From the NCBI GenBank assembly GCA_965205685.1, contig OZ242174.1, positions 141,406-205,405 on the forward strand: 64,000 nt of DNA, in the 5' to 3' direction. A program made the position numbers and the translations under genes. The notes below the pieces were generated by a model. That model had not been told where the DNA came from. It saw only the letters and a list, made by a program, of their open reading frames with translations, and searched no databases. Of the stretch, positions 40,315-51,454 are shown piece after piece; the first letter of the stretch is position 1; each line of letters starts with the position of its first letter. This DNA comes from Gammaproteobacteria bacterium (GTDB lineage Bacteria > Pseudomonadota > Gammaproteobacteria > UBA4575).

Positions 40315-41685
40315 GTGTCCACGGTTGTCATCGATCTGTACGACAGCGGAATCCTGATCAGCGACGGAAAACGCATCCTCGCCAACTGCCCGTCCTGTGC
40401 CCTGGTTGAAACCGAGACCTCCATCCTGACAGGCAAGCAGGCCGAGCAGCAAATACACCTGCGACCGCAGGAAATCAGCACGGGGTTTTGGGCGGACCTT
40501 GCCGGGCAAAGCACGACCCGGCATGCCGTCAGCCATGCCGAGATCGCATTCAGGCACATGCAGTTTGCCTGGAGCCTGCTGGACCGACAGGACCACGATG
40601 CCATCCTTGCGGTGTCCGGCGCGCTGCGCAAGCAGGAACTGGGGCTGGTGCTCGGCATCTGCGAAAAACTCGGCATTGCGGTCGTTGGCATCGTCAACAA
40701 GGCGGTGCTCGCGGTCCCCGGCCCCGTTCCGAAGACCCGGCTGGTGTGGCTGGCCGTGCTGCAGCAGAGCACTATACTCACCCTGGTCTCGCAGGACCGC
40801 AAGCAGGTGTCCGCCACCCGCCCGGGAAGAGTCATTGAACACGGGCTGCAGTCCCTAATCCAGGCACAAGCCAAGTGGATCGCCGCGGCCTTTGTCCGGG
40901 AAACACGCTTCGACCCCCTGCAAAAGGGTGAAGACGAACAACGTCTGTATGAAAGACTTCCGCACTGGCTGGCGACCCTGCAGTCCATCGAGTCCGTCGG
41001 CTGCGAACTGCACTCCGATGGACAGGGCCACCGCATACAGCTGCACAGAAAGGACGTCCTCGAGATCAACCGGGCTGCCTTCGAGGAGATGGCGATTTCC
41101 CTGAGTGAGCTGCTCCCAGACCACAAGGTCACGCTCGTGTGCTCCCCGACCTGCAACCAGGTGTTTGGTCTGAACGAATTCCTGAAGGACCTGCCGGGGT
41201 GCGCCATGCTGGGCACGGACCCGACCCGCATTGCCCGCCAGGCCCTGCGCTACCGCGAACAGATCAGCAGCGGCGATGCGACCGTGCATTACACGACCGC
41301 GCTGGCCTGGGACAAATCCACCCGTCCCGAGTTGCTGGAACCCAATCCCGGGTTGCTGGCCAGCCTGCGCAACTGTCCCACCCACTTGCTGATCGGCAAC
41401 CGTGCCTGGCCACTGGGCCCGAAACAGGAACTGCGCCTGACGAAGGACCGCCATGAGATTCACCTGGAACTCGATCCGGTTTGCAATGACCGCGGCATTT
41501 GCCGGATCCAGAAAAAAGGCATGCGCATCGAGTTGCGCCACCTCAGGGAGTACAAGATCCGTCTCAATGACCGGCTCCTGAGCGAGCCCCAGCCGATCCA
41601 GTCCGGAGACCGCCTGCGTATTGACGGGTACCGCGGGACCGTACACTTCATCCAGGTCCAGGAACATGAAGCGTCGCACGATTAA
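40315..41685 (+). CDS. Cytoplasmic protein with possible actin/Hsp70-like N-terminal fold and FHA-like C-terminal domain
   Basis: The N-terminus VVIDLYDSGILISDG looks like an ASKHA phosphate-1 loop. The C-terminal 100 aa (LLIGNRAW...HEIHLEL...IRLNDRLL...GDRLRIDG) follow the FHA pattern. No TM segment. Both assignments are tentative. Confidence 0.4.
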   Translation: MSTVVIDLYDSGILISDGKRILANCPSCALVETETSILTGKQAEQQIHLRPQEISTGFWADLAGQSTTRHAVSHAEIAFRHMQFAWSLLDRQDHDAILAVSGALRKQELGLVLGICEKLGIAVVGIVNKAVLAVPGPVPKTRLVWLAVLQQSTILTLVSQDRKQVSATRPGRVIEHGLQSLIQAQAKWIAAAFVRETRFDPLQKGEDEQRLYERLPHWLATLQSIESVGCELHSDGQGHRIQLHRKDVLEINRAAFEEMAISLSELLPDHKVTLVCSPTCNQVFGLNEFLKDLPGCAMLGTDPTRIARQALRYREQISSGDATVHYTTALAWDKSTRPELLEPNPGLLASLRNCPTHLLIGNRAWPLGPKQELRLTKDRHEIHLELDPVCNDRGICRIQKKGMRIELRHLREYKIRLNDRLLSEPQPIQSGDRLRIDGYRGTVHFIQVQEHEASHD

Positions 41686-42757
41686 CGTATTCAGCCTGTC
41701 CTTCCTGGACGTGATGTTTTGCGGTTTCGGGGCGGTCATCCTGTTTTTCATGATCATCAATGCTGATTCGCAGGCGCGTCGCGGCATGGTCAATGCCACC
41801 GCGCAGGATGAAGTGCAGGAACTGCAGGCCCAGGTCACCGAGGCCGAGCGCTCGCTGGCGGAACTGCAAAACTCCCTGCAGATGCTCGAAACGCGCCGTC
41901 TGCGGGCACAGGGACGCGCTGCAAGTATCCTTGAGGACATTACCCTGCACACCTCGCAACTATCCCGACAGCAACAGGAGACCCGTGCCAGGATGCAAGC
42001 CGTCGATGCGCTCAAGGCGGAACTGAAATCCCTGGAGGAGGCGCACCGGCGTCTTGAGGCAGGCGCCTTGCAGGACGAGACCCCGGGGGCGTACCTGCGC
42101 GCATTCGACGGTCACGGGCAGCGCCAGTACCTGACCGGCCTCAAGATGGACGGTGAGCGCATCCTGATCCTGGTGGACAGCTCGGCCAGCATGCTGGCCG
42201 ATCGCATCATCAACGTGCTTCGCTTTCGAAACCTTCCACCGGATGAACGGGTGCGCGCGGCCAAGTGGCAGCAGGTGCTGCACACGGTCGACTGGATCAC
42301 CACACGAATCCCGCCCACCAGCCTGTTCCAGATCCATGCCTTCAATGAGACCAGCGAACCGCTCTACCAAGCTTCGGACGCGGTCTGGCTGGATGCCAGC
42401 GATCCCCGGCACCTGGATCTTGCGGTGGAGGGCCTGTACGCGCGTGCGCCGGGCGGCGGCACCAGCCTGTACCAGGCCTTCAGGGGGATCGCGCAGCTGG
42501 ATCCGCCCCCGGACACCATCTACCTGCTGACGGACGGGCTCCCCACACAGGGTCGCTCGAAACCCTGGCGCACCAAGGTGTCCGCGCAAGCGCGCAAGAA
42601 GCTGTTCGATGATGCACTGAAGATCCTGCCTGGCGGGATTCCCGTCAATACCATCCTGTTCCACATGGAAGGTGACCCGCAGGCCTCCAGTGAATACTGG
42701 AAGCTGGCGAGCACCACCCGGGGAGCCTTTTTCAGCCCCTCCCGGGACTGGCCCTGA
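41666..42757 (+). CDS. ExbD/TolR-like N-terminal TM anchor fused to coiled coil and vWA domain (paralog 1)
   Basis: The N-terminus MKRRTINVFSLSFLDVMFCGFGAVILFFMI mirrors the ExbD/TolR TM region. A long coiled coil follows, then a vWA with MIDAS-like residues (ILVDSSASM...LTDG). Confidence 0.6.
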   Translation: MKRRTINVFSLSFLDVMFCGFGAVILFFMIINADSQARRGMVNATAQDEVQELQAQVTEAERSLAELQNSLQMLETRRLRAQGRAASILEDITLHTSQLSRQQQETRARMQAVDALKAELKSLEEAHRRLEAGALQDETPGAYLRAFDGHGQRQYLTGLKMDGERILILVDSSASMLADRIINVLRFRNLPPDERVRAAKWQQVLHTVDWITTRIPPTSLFQIHAFNETSEPLYQASDAVWLDASDPRHLDLAVEGLYARAPGGGTSLYQAFRGIAQLDPPPDTIYLLTDGLPTQGRSKPWRTKVSAQARKKLFDDALKILPGGIPVNTILFHMEGDPQASSEYWKLASTTRGAFFSPSRDWP

Positions 42758-42760
42758 AAC

Positions 42761-43768
42761 ATGAAACCGCGTCGCAGCATCGAGATTTTCAGCCTGTCCT
42801 TCCTGGACTGCATATGCTGCGGCTTCGGTGCGCTGATCCTGCTGCTGGTGCTGTCGAAAACGGCCGAGCCGGTGATCTTCGAGCAATACAGCGAAGACCT
42901 CGACCGGCATGCCACGGACCTGCAGATGCAGTTGTCCGAACTGCACGGGCAAAACCACGCACTGAACCGCGAACGGATCAGACAAAAGCACCAGGTGACC
43001 CGCGAGATAGAAAAAATCGCGCACCTGCAGGATGAGCTGTCAATCGTGCAAGGCCGGTATTCGACCGCGCAAGGCGAAGCGGCACTGCAGAACACGATCG
43101 AGGGCCAGCTGGCCCGCGCACGCCAGACGTTGAGCGAAGAGATGCGCCGCCTGCAGGCTAGGGACCTGCGGATCCGGCCATCACAGGATGCCACGATTGC
43201 CGGCATCCCGGTGGACAGCGAGTACATCATTTTCATCATCGACACTTCGGGCAGCATGCTGAGCTACGGCTGGGAACTGGCCGAGCAAAAGCTGGCCGAG
43301 GTGCTGGATGCCTACCCGACGGTCAAGGGCATGCAGGTCATGAACGACATGGGCGAGTACATGTTCCGCCAGTATGCCGGGCGCTGGATCCCGGACACTC
43401 CGGCACGGCGCAAGGCGGTGCTTGAGCGGCTGCGCACCTGGCAGCCGTTCAGTAACAGCAGTCCGGTCGAGGGCATCACGGCCGCCATCCGAACGTTTCA
43501 TGCAGACGACAAGAAAATCAGCCTGTACGTGTTCGGTGACGAATTCACCGGCGCCTCCATCCAGTCCGTGCTTCGCGAGGTGAATGCGATCAACCGCAAG
43601 GACCTGCACGGTGCGCGACGGGTGCGCATCCATGCCGTTGGTTTTCCGATCCAGTTCGCCCGGCTTGAGGACGAGCAAGTGACCGGCGTGCGCTTCGCCA
43701 CCCTGATGCGCGCTCTGTGCGAACAAAACGAGGGCACCTTCATCGGGCTGGCCGACTTCGCCCCCTAG
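42761..43768 (+). CDS. ExbD/TolR-like N-terminal TM anchor fused to coiled coil and vWA domain (paralog 2)
   Basis: The N-terminus MKPRRSIEIFSLSFLDCICCGFGALILLLVL, then a coiled coil, then a vWA (IIFIIDTSGSM...). It is clearly paralogous to the upstream gene. Confidence 0.6.
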   Translation: MKPRRSIEIFSLSFLDCICCGFGALILLLVLSKTAEPVIFEQYSEDLDRHATDLQMQLSELHGQNHALNRERIRQKHQVTREIEKIAHLQDELSIVQGRYSTAQGEAALQNTIEGQLARARQTLSEEMRRLQARDLRIRPSQDATIAGIPVDSEYIIFIIDTSGSMLSYGWELAEQKLAEVLDAYPTVKGMQVMNDMGEYMFRQYAGRWIPDTPARRKAVLERLRTWQPFSNSSPVEGITAAIRTFHADDKKISLYVFGDEFTGASIQSVLREVNAINRKDLHGARRVRIHAVGFPIQFARLEDEQVTGVRFATLMRALCEQNEGTFIGLADFAP

Positions 43769-43971
43769 GCACGCGTGCCGCAATGACGGAAGGCCCGGCC
43801 TTAGAAAAAATAGATCGTTGCGACCTAAATAATCAATTTCACTTGCAGGGCTTTCTGTTCCATCATGGCATCAAGAACGGAATTCTGTAATGTCCCCCAG
43901 GGACCGGGGGCCGCAGCCGAAGCGCCAAGACCCCCCTCCCCGCTTGGCGCTTTGCCGCCGGTCAACAGGTC

Positions 43972-44871
43972 TTAGTTCTTCACGCTCTTCAGGATCACAT
44001 CGGCCAGCATGCCGAATTCCTGCTTGCGGACACTGGATTTTCTCCAGGCCAGACCGATTTCCCGATACGCATGATCCTTCAGGTCCTGCGTGATCACCTG
44101 GGTATTGTCCAGCAGGCCTCCATCGATCGCCATCTGCGGAATGAAGGACACCCCGAGGTCACTGTTCACCATCTGCACCAGGCTGTACAGGCCGCTGGCC
44201 GAGAACTTGTTGGTCTCCTCCAGCCGGGTCAGGTTGCATGCGCTCAATGCGTGCTCGCGCAGGCAGTGCCCATCCTCCAGCAGCAGGATCGAGCCCTGGT
44301 TCAACTTGTTGGGCGTAAAGTCCTGAGGGTCAATCAGCCGCGTCCCTTGCTTGTACGCAAGCTTGAACGCATCCGTAAACAGGGACACCGTGTCCGTGTT
44401 GGTAAGCTCGACGGGCAGGGCCAGCAACAGGATGTCGAGTTCCCCTTCCAGCAACAGGGCATGAATTTTCTTGGTCTGTTCCTCCTTGAGGTACAACTCC
44501 AGCTTCGGGAAGTGTTTGCGAATCTCCGGCAGGATCTTCGGCAGCAGGAACGGGGCAATGGTCGGGATCACGCCCATTTTTAAAGGCCCGGTCAGGGGCT
44601 GTTGCACGGACCGTGCGATATCGACGATGCCCTCCAGGTCGAACAGGGCATGACGGGCCTGCTCGGCGACCAGCTTTCCCACCGAGGTGAAGGTCACGCT
44701 GCGGCTGGTGCGATCCACCAGGGAAACATTCAACTGCCTCTCAAGCTCCTTGATGGCTACACTGAAGGCGGACTGGGTGACAAAGCAGGCCTCTGCGGCC
44801 TTGCCGAAATGCAGGTATTTCTCCAGCGTCACCAGATAACGCAGCTGCTTGACGGTGGGCAGGTTGATCAT
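43972..44871 (-). CDS. oxyR: LysR-family peroxide-sensing regulator OxyR
   Basis: 299 aa with an OxyR-like HTH (LRYLVTLEKYLHFGKAAEACFVTQSAFS) and the redox-Cys region LEDGHCLREHALSACN, which matches the OxyR C199/C208 context. Confidence 0.75.
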   Translation of the reverse strand: MINLPTVKQLRYLVTLEKYLHFGKAAEACFVTQSAFSVAIKELERQLNVSLVDRTSRSVTFTSVGKLVAEQARHALFDLEGIVDIARSVQQPLTGPLKMGVIPTIAPFLLPKILPEIRKHFPKLELYLKEEQTKKIHALLLEGELDILLLALPVELTNTDTVSLFTDAFKLAYKQGTRLIDPQDFTPNKLNQGSILLLEDGHCLREHALSACNLTRLEETNKFSASGLYSLVQMVNSDLGVSFIPQMAIDGGLLDNTQVITQDLKDHAYREIGLAWRKSSVRKQEFGMLADVILKSVKN

Positions 44872-45028
44872 TTGTAAAATAAATCATTGATTAAGAAACA
44901 ATCAGATTTATATCAGGATCAAGCCACGATCTCCAGTCCTGTGCGAGACGGGACCGGGTGCAGGTGCGGGCTTTACGGGAACGTGGGATGGGTGCGCTAT
45001 TCCACGGGCGCGGAATCATTCACAACAG

Positions 45029-45358
45029 TTAATGAGTTTGCCCCTTATACAAATTTACCAACGTGACCCCAATAACGATCAAGAACAAACCAATGATCGT
45101 TTGCCAGTTTAAGGTCTGTTTATAAAAGACATAACTTAGCAGCGCTACTGAGAAAACACCCAGTCCTGCCCAGGATGCATACAGTATTGCAAGAGGGAGT
45201 TTTTGGGCTAACAGTGTCAACAGATAAAAAGATATGCCATATGAGATGATCAAAACAGCGGTTGGCAACAGCTGTGTAAAATTTTGTGATGCAGGCAAGA
45301 GCATTGTTCCAAGAACTTCTAATGCGATTGCAGCAAAAAGCATTATGTATACATCCAT
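45029..45358 (-). CDS. SMR-family small multidrug efflux protein (EmrE/Qac-like, conserved Glu14)
   Basis: 109 aa with four TM helices and E14 in TM1 (AAIALEVLGT). The gene and its flanks are markedly AT-rich compared with the surroundings. Confidence 0.85.
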   Translation of the reverse strand: MDVYIMLFAAIALEVLGTMLLPASQNFTQLLPTAVLIISYGISFYLLTLLAQKLPLAILYASWAGLGVFSVALLSYVFYKQTLNWQTIIGLFLIVIGVTLVNLYKGQTH

Positions 45359-45382
45359 TCTCTTCTAGTTCGCTGTTGTGAA

Positions 45383-47212
45383 CTATTCCACCGTCACCGA
45401 CTTGGCCAGATTGCGTGGCTGGTCGACGTCCGTGCCCTTCAGGACCGCCACGTGATAGGCGAGAAGCTGCAGGGGAATGGCAAAGATGATGGGGGCGACC
45501 GCATTGTCCGGGGCATCCACCTCGATCCCGATCGTCTCGGAGCCGGGTTCGAACCCTGAATCCACGTCAGCAAACACGTGCAGCACACCGCCACGCGCAC
45601 GCACTTCTTCCAGGTTGGACTTCAGTTTCTCCAGAAGAACATCGTTCGGTGCCACGGCAATGACCGGGACCTTGTCGTCCACCAGCGCGATGGGGCCATG
45701 CTTGAGTTCGCCCGCAGGGTACGCCTCGGCATGGATATAGGAAACTTCCTTGAGCTTCAGGGCACCTTCTTTGGCAATGGGATAATGGATGCCGCGGCCC
45801 AGAAACAGGGCATGCTGCTTGTCCCAGTACTGGCGCGAGAGTGCCTCGATCTCGGCATCCCGCTCCAGTACGCGGTTGATCCGGGCCGGCAAGTTAGCCA
45901 ACTGCTCCGCCAGCTGCTTGTCCGTTGCATCCTGCATGCCGTGGTGGCGTCCGACGCTGATCACCAGCATCAGCAAGGCCACCAGCTGGGTGGTAAAGGC
46001 CTTGGTGGAGGCCACACCGACTTCCGGGCCAGCGTGCGTCATCAGCACCAGGTCCGACTCGCGCACCAGGGAGCTTTCCGGAACATTGCAAATGGTCAGT
46101 GAACCGACATAGGCTTCCTCGCGGGCCTGGCGCTGCGCGGCCAGAGTGTCGGCAGTCTCACCGGACTGAGAAATCGTCACGAACAGGGTGCCGGGCTGAA
46201 CCACGTGTTTGCGGTAACGAAACTCGCTAGCAACATCGACGAAGCAGGGAATCCCCGTCAGATCCTCAAACCAGAATTTCGCGATCATCCCGGCGTGATA
46301 GCTGCTGCCGCAGGCGATGATCTGCACGGCCCGGGTGCGCTCGAGAATCTGCTCGGCACGTGCCCCCAGAATCTGTTCGGCCACCCGCCCGTTGATCAGA
46401 CGTCCTTCCAAGGTGTCGGCAATGGCCTGAGGCTGTTCATGGATTTCCTTGAGCATGTAGTGCGGATAGCCGTCTTTCTCGACGGCATCTGCGGACAGGT
46501 AACTCCGCTGGGAATTACGCTCCACCGCGGCCCCGCCTTCGTCGAACACCTGGATTTGCGCACGCGAGATGTCCACAATGTCCCCGTCCTCCAGGAAAAC
46601 GAACTCCTGCGTCTCCTTCAGCAGGGCGTGCACGTCCGAGGCAATGAAGTTTTCTTCCTGGCCGATCCCGACGACCAGCGGGCTGCCGTTTCGCGCGGCG
46701 ATCATGCGCCCCGGTTCGGTCTTGTCGATCACTCCAAGCGCATAGGCACCTTTCAAATCTTTCACGGTTGCACTCACCGCAGCCAGCAGATCCAGGCCGC
46801 GGTCCAGGTACAGCACAATCTGGTGGGCGATGACTTCGGTATCGGTGTCCGAGGCAAAGCTGAAGCCCGCTTCGCTCTGCTCGATCTTGAGGCGCTCGAA
46901 ATTCTCGATGATGCCGTTGTGCACAATGGCAATGCGTCCATTGCTGATGTGTGGGTGCGCATTGTGTTCGGCGGGTACGCCGTGGGTTGCCCATCGGGTG
47001 TGCGCAATTCCGAGCTGGCCGGTGAGTGCGGATTCCTCCAGGGCCTTGCCCAGTTCGCTGACCTTGCCCTGCCTTCGCACGCGCTCGATTGCACCATTGG
47101 TCAGCACGGCCATTCCGGCCGAGTCATACCCGCGGTATTCCAGGCGCCGCAGGCCTTCAAGCAGGACCGGGGAGATGTCCCTGTTCGCGATGCCGCCGAC
47201 GATTCCGCACAT
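45383..47212 (-). CDS. glmS: Glutamine--fructose-6-phosphate aminotransferase
   Basis: 609 aa with the MCGIVG N-terminal nucleophile and two SIS domains. Confidence 0.95.
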   Translation of the reverse strand: MCGIVGGIANRDISPVLLEGLRRLEYRGYDSAGMAVLTNGAIERVRRQGKVSELGKALEESALTGQLGIAHTRWATHGVPAEHNAHPHISNGRIAIVHNGIIENFERLKIEQSEAGFSFASDTDTEVIAHQIVLYLDRGLDLLAAVSATVKDLKGAYALGVIDKTEPGRMIAARNGSPLVVGIGQEENFIASDVHALLKETQEFVFLEDGDIVDISRAQIQVFDEGGAAVERNSQRSYLSADAVEKDGYPHYMLKEIHEQPQAIADTLEGRLINGRVAEQILGARAEQILERTRAVQIIACGSSYHAGMIAKFWFEDLTGIPCFVDVASEFRYRKHVVQPGTLFVTISQSGETADTLAAQRQAREEAYVGSLTICNVPESSLVRESDLVLMTHAGPEVGVASTKAFTTQLVALLMLVISVGRHHGMQDATDKQLAEQLANLPARINRVLERDAEIEALSRQYWDKQHALFLGRGIHYPIAKEGALKLKEVSYIHAEAYPAGELKHGPIALVDDKVPVIAVAPNDVLLEKLKSNLEEVRARGGVLHVFADVDSGFEPGSETIGIEVDAPDNAVAPIIFAIPLQLLAYHVAVLKGTDVDQPRNLAKSVTVE

Positions 47213-47215
47213 GAT

Positions 47216-48583
47216 CTATTTCTTGTCCTTCTCGGGGCGCTTCCAGTGCTGCACCGTCACCTGTTTGCTGCGGGCGACCGCAAGGACCTCGGCGGGCACA
47301 TCCTTGGTGATGGTCGACCCGGCCGCAATCGTCGCGCCCTCGCCGACGACCACCGGGGCAACGAGCTGGGTGTCGGAGCCAACGAACACGCGATCATTGA
47401 TGACCGTGCGGTGTTTGTGCGCGCCGTCATAGTTGCAGGTGATGGTGCCTGCCCCCACATTGACCCCTGCCCCGAGCTCGGCATCGCCGAGGTAGCTGAG
47501 ATGATTGACCTTGCTGTTCGCACCGATTCCGGATTTCTTGATCTCAACGAAGTTGCCGACCTGCACCTGATCCCCCAGGCGGGTCTGCGGGCGAATCCGG
47601 GCGAAGGGGCCGATGCGGCATTCGCTGCCGATTTCGGCCTCTTCGATATGGCTGTTGGCATGGATCCGGGTGCCGGCACCGACGGTGGTGTTGATGAGCA
47701 CGCTGTTGGCTCCGATTCGCACGCCGTCGCCGAGACGGTTTTGCCCTTCGAACACGGCATTGACATCGATTTCAACATCCCTTCCCACCTGCAGTTCACC
47801 CCGGATGTCGATGCGTGCGGGATCCATGAGTGTCGCGCCCTGGTCCATCAGCCGCCGCGCAGCCCTGCGCTGGCAGGCGCGCTCGGCCCGGGCCAGCTGC
47901 GCCTTGTCATTGACCCCGAGCGCAGCATCGGCGTCCTGGCAGAGCATGGCCTCGACGCGGTGCCCGCCTTCGACCGCCAGCCCGATGCAATCGGTCAGGT
48001 AGAATTCCTGCTGGGTATTGTCGTTGCCGACCTGTCCCAGCCACTGCTTCAACCGCTCCGCACGTGCCGCCAGCACCCCGGTATTCATTTCACGAATGGC
48101 CAGCGTGTCCGGGTCGGCCTCGCACTGCTCGACGATACGCAAAACCCCGCCATCGGCATCGCGCACGATCCTCCCCAGACCTTCCACCCCCTCGAATTCC
48201 GCCGACAGCAACATCAGCTCACAACGTGACAGGCCCTCAAGCAGCCGCTGCAAGGTGGCAGGCTCGAGCAGGGGGACATCGCCATACAGGACCAGAACCA
48301 CGTGCTCATCAGCTAGCCCGGGCAAGGCCTGCTGCACCGCATGCCCTGTCCCCAGCTGCTGCTCCTGCAGATGCCAGCAAATGCCTTCATCACCCACCGC
48401 GGCGCGGACCTGCTCCGTACCGTAGCCGGTGACGATGTGAATGTTATGCGGTGACAATGTGCGGGCACATTCGATCACATGCCCCAGCAAGGGTTTGCCG
48501 GCGAGTGGGTGCAGAACCTTGGGCAAATCGCTGTGCATGCGCGTGCCCTGGCCTGCGGCAAGGATGACGATTTCCAGTTTCAT
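47216..48583 (-). CDS. glmU: Bifunctional UDP-N-acetylglucosamine pyrophosphorylase / glucosamine-1-phosphate N-acetyltransferase
   Basis: 455 aa with an N-terminal nucleotidyltransferase (LAAGQGTRM) and C-terminal hexapeptide repeats. Confidence 0.95.
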   Translation of the reverse strand: MKLEIVILAAGQGTRMHSDLPKVLHPLAGKPLLGHVIECARTLSPHNIHIVTGYGTEQVRAAVGDEGICWHLQEQQLGTGHAVQQALPGLADEHVVLVLYGDVPLLEPATLQRLLEGLSRCELMLLSAEFEGVEGLGRIVRDADGGVLRIVEQCEADPDTLAIREMNTGVLAARAERLKQWLGQVGNDNTQQEFYLTDCIGLAVEGGHRVEAMLCQDADAALGVNDKAQLARAERACQRRAARRLMDQGATLMDPARIDIRGELQVGRDVEIDVNAVFEGQNRLGDGVRIGANSVLINTTVGAGTRIHANSHIEEAEIGSECRIGPFARIRPQTRLGDQVQVGNFVEIKKSGIGANSKVNHLSYLGDAELGAGVNVGAGTITCNYDGAHKHRTVINDRVFVGSDTQLVAPVVVGEGATIAAGSTITKDVPAEVLAVARSKQVTVQHWKRPEKDKK

Positions 48584-48732
48584 GAGCGCTTCTTGACCGT
48601 GAATACCTGTCCTAACCGGTGAAGGCCCGGTGCCTTAACCCTGAACCATTGCAAACCCGCGGCAAATAATCAAATGCCGGGACAGGTTTCGCGGGCAACG
48701 TAGAAGGGGCCAGACAGGCCTTGGGGCGTACC

Positions 48733-49155
48733 CTATTTTCGCATCTTGCGCATGCGCTCGATCATGCGCAACTGCTCGGCGGCACGCGCCAGTTCCGCCT
48801 GTGCCTTGGCGGCATCCAGATCGCCTTTTTGATCACGCAGCGCATCTTCGGCCCGCTGCTTGGCCTCCATGGCCTTGGCTTCATCCAGGTCCTCCGCACG
48901 AATGGCGGTATCCGAAAGCACGGTAACCACGTGCGGCTGCACCTCGAGGATGCCTCCGGAAACATACAGGTACTGGTCTTCCTTGCCTTCCACCTCGATC
49001 TTCAGCTCACCAGGCCGCAGGCTGGTCACCAGGGGGGTGTGGCGCGGGTAGATGCCGACATCGCCCATTCGGGCCGGGGCAAATACCGCCGACACAGTGC
49101 CGGAAAAAAGCGCCTTTTCAGCGCTAACCACATCCAGGTGCAGTGTCATCGCCAT
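48733..49155 (-). CDS. atpC: F0F1 ATP synthase epsilon subunit
   Basis: 140 aa, AtpC-typical. Confidence 0.9.
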   Translation of the reverse strand: MAMTLHLDVVSAEKALFSGTVSAVFAPARMGDVGIYPRHTPLVTSLRPGELKIEVEGKEDQYLYVSGGILEVQPHVVTVLSDTAIRAEDLDEAKAMEAKQRAEDALRDQKGDLDAAKAQAELARAAEQLRMIERMRKMRK

Positions 49156-49161
49156 GCCGAC

Positions 49162-51442
<2,281 letters not shown>

Positions 51443-51454
51443 GGCCGTACCGTC

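Noticed and set aside
41960-43024. 354-aa minus-strand ORF
   Set aside because: Antisense to the two vWA-fusion genes, whose frames carry clear TM and vWA signatures.
46205-48229. 674-aa ORF on the plus strand
   Set aside because: It lies fully antisense to glmS/glmU, which have unambiguous conserved protein sequence. Long antisense ORFs are expected in a high-GC genome.
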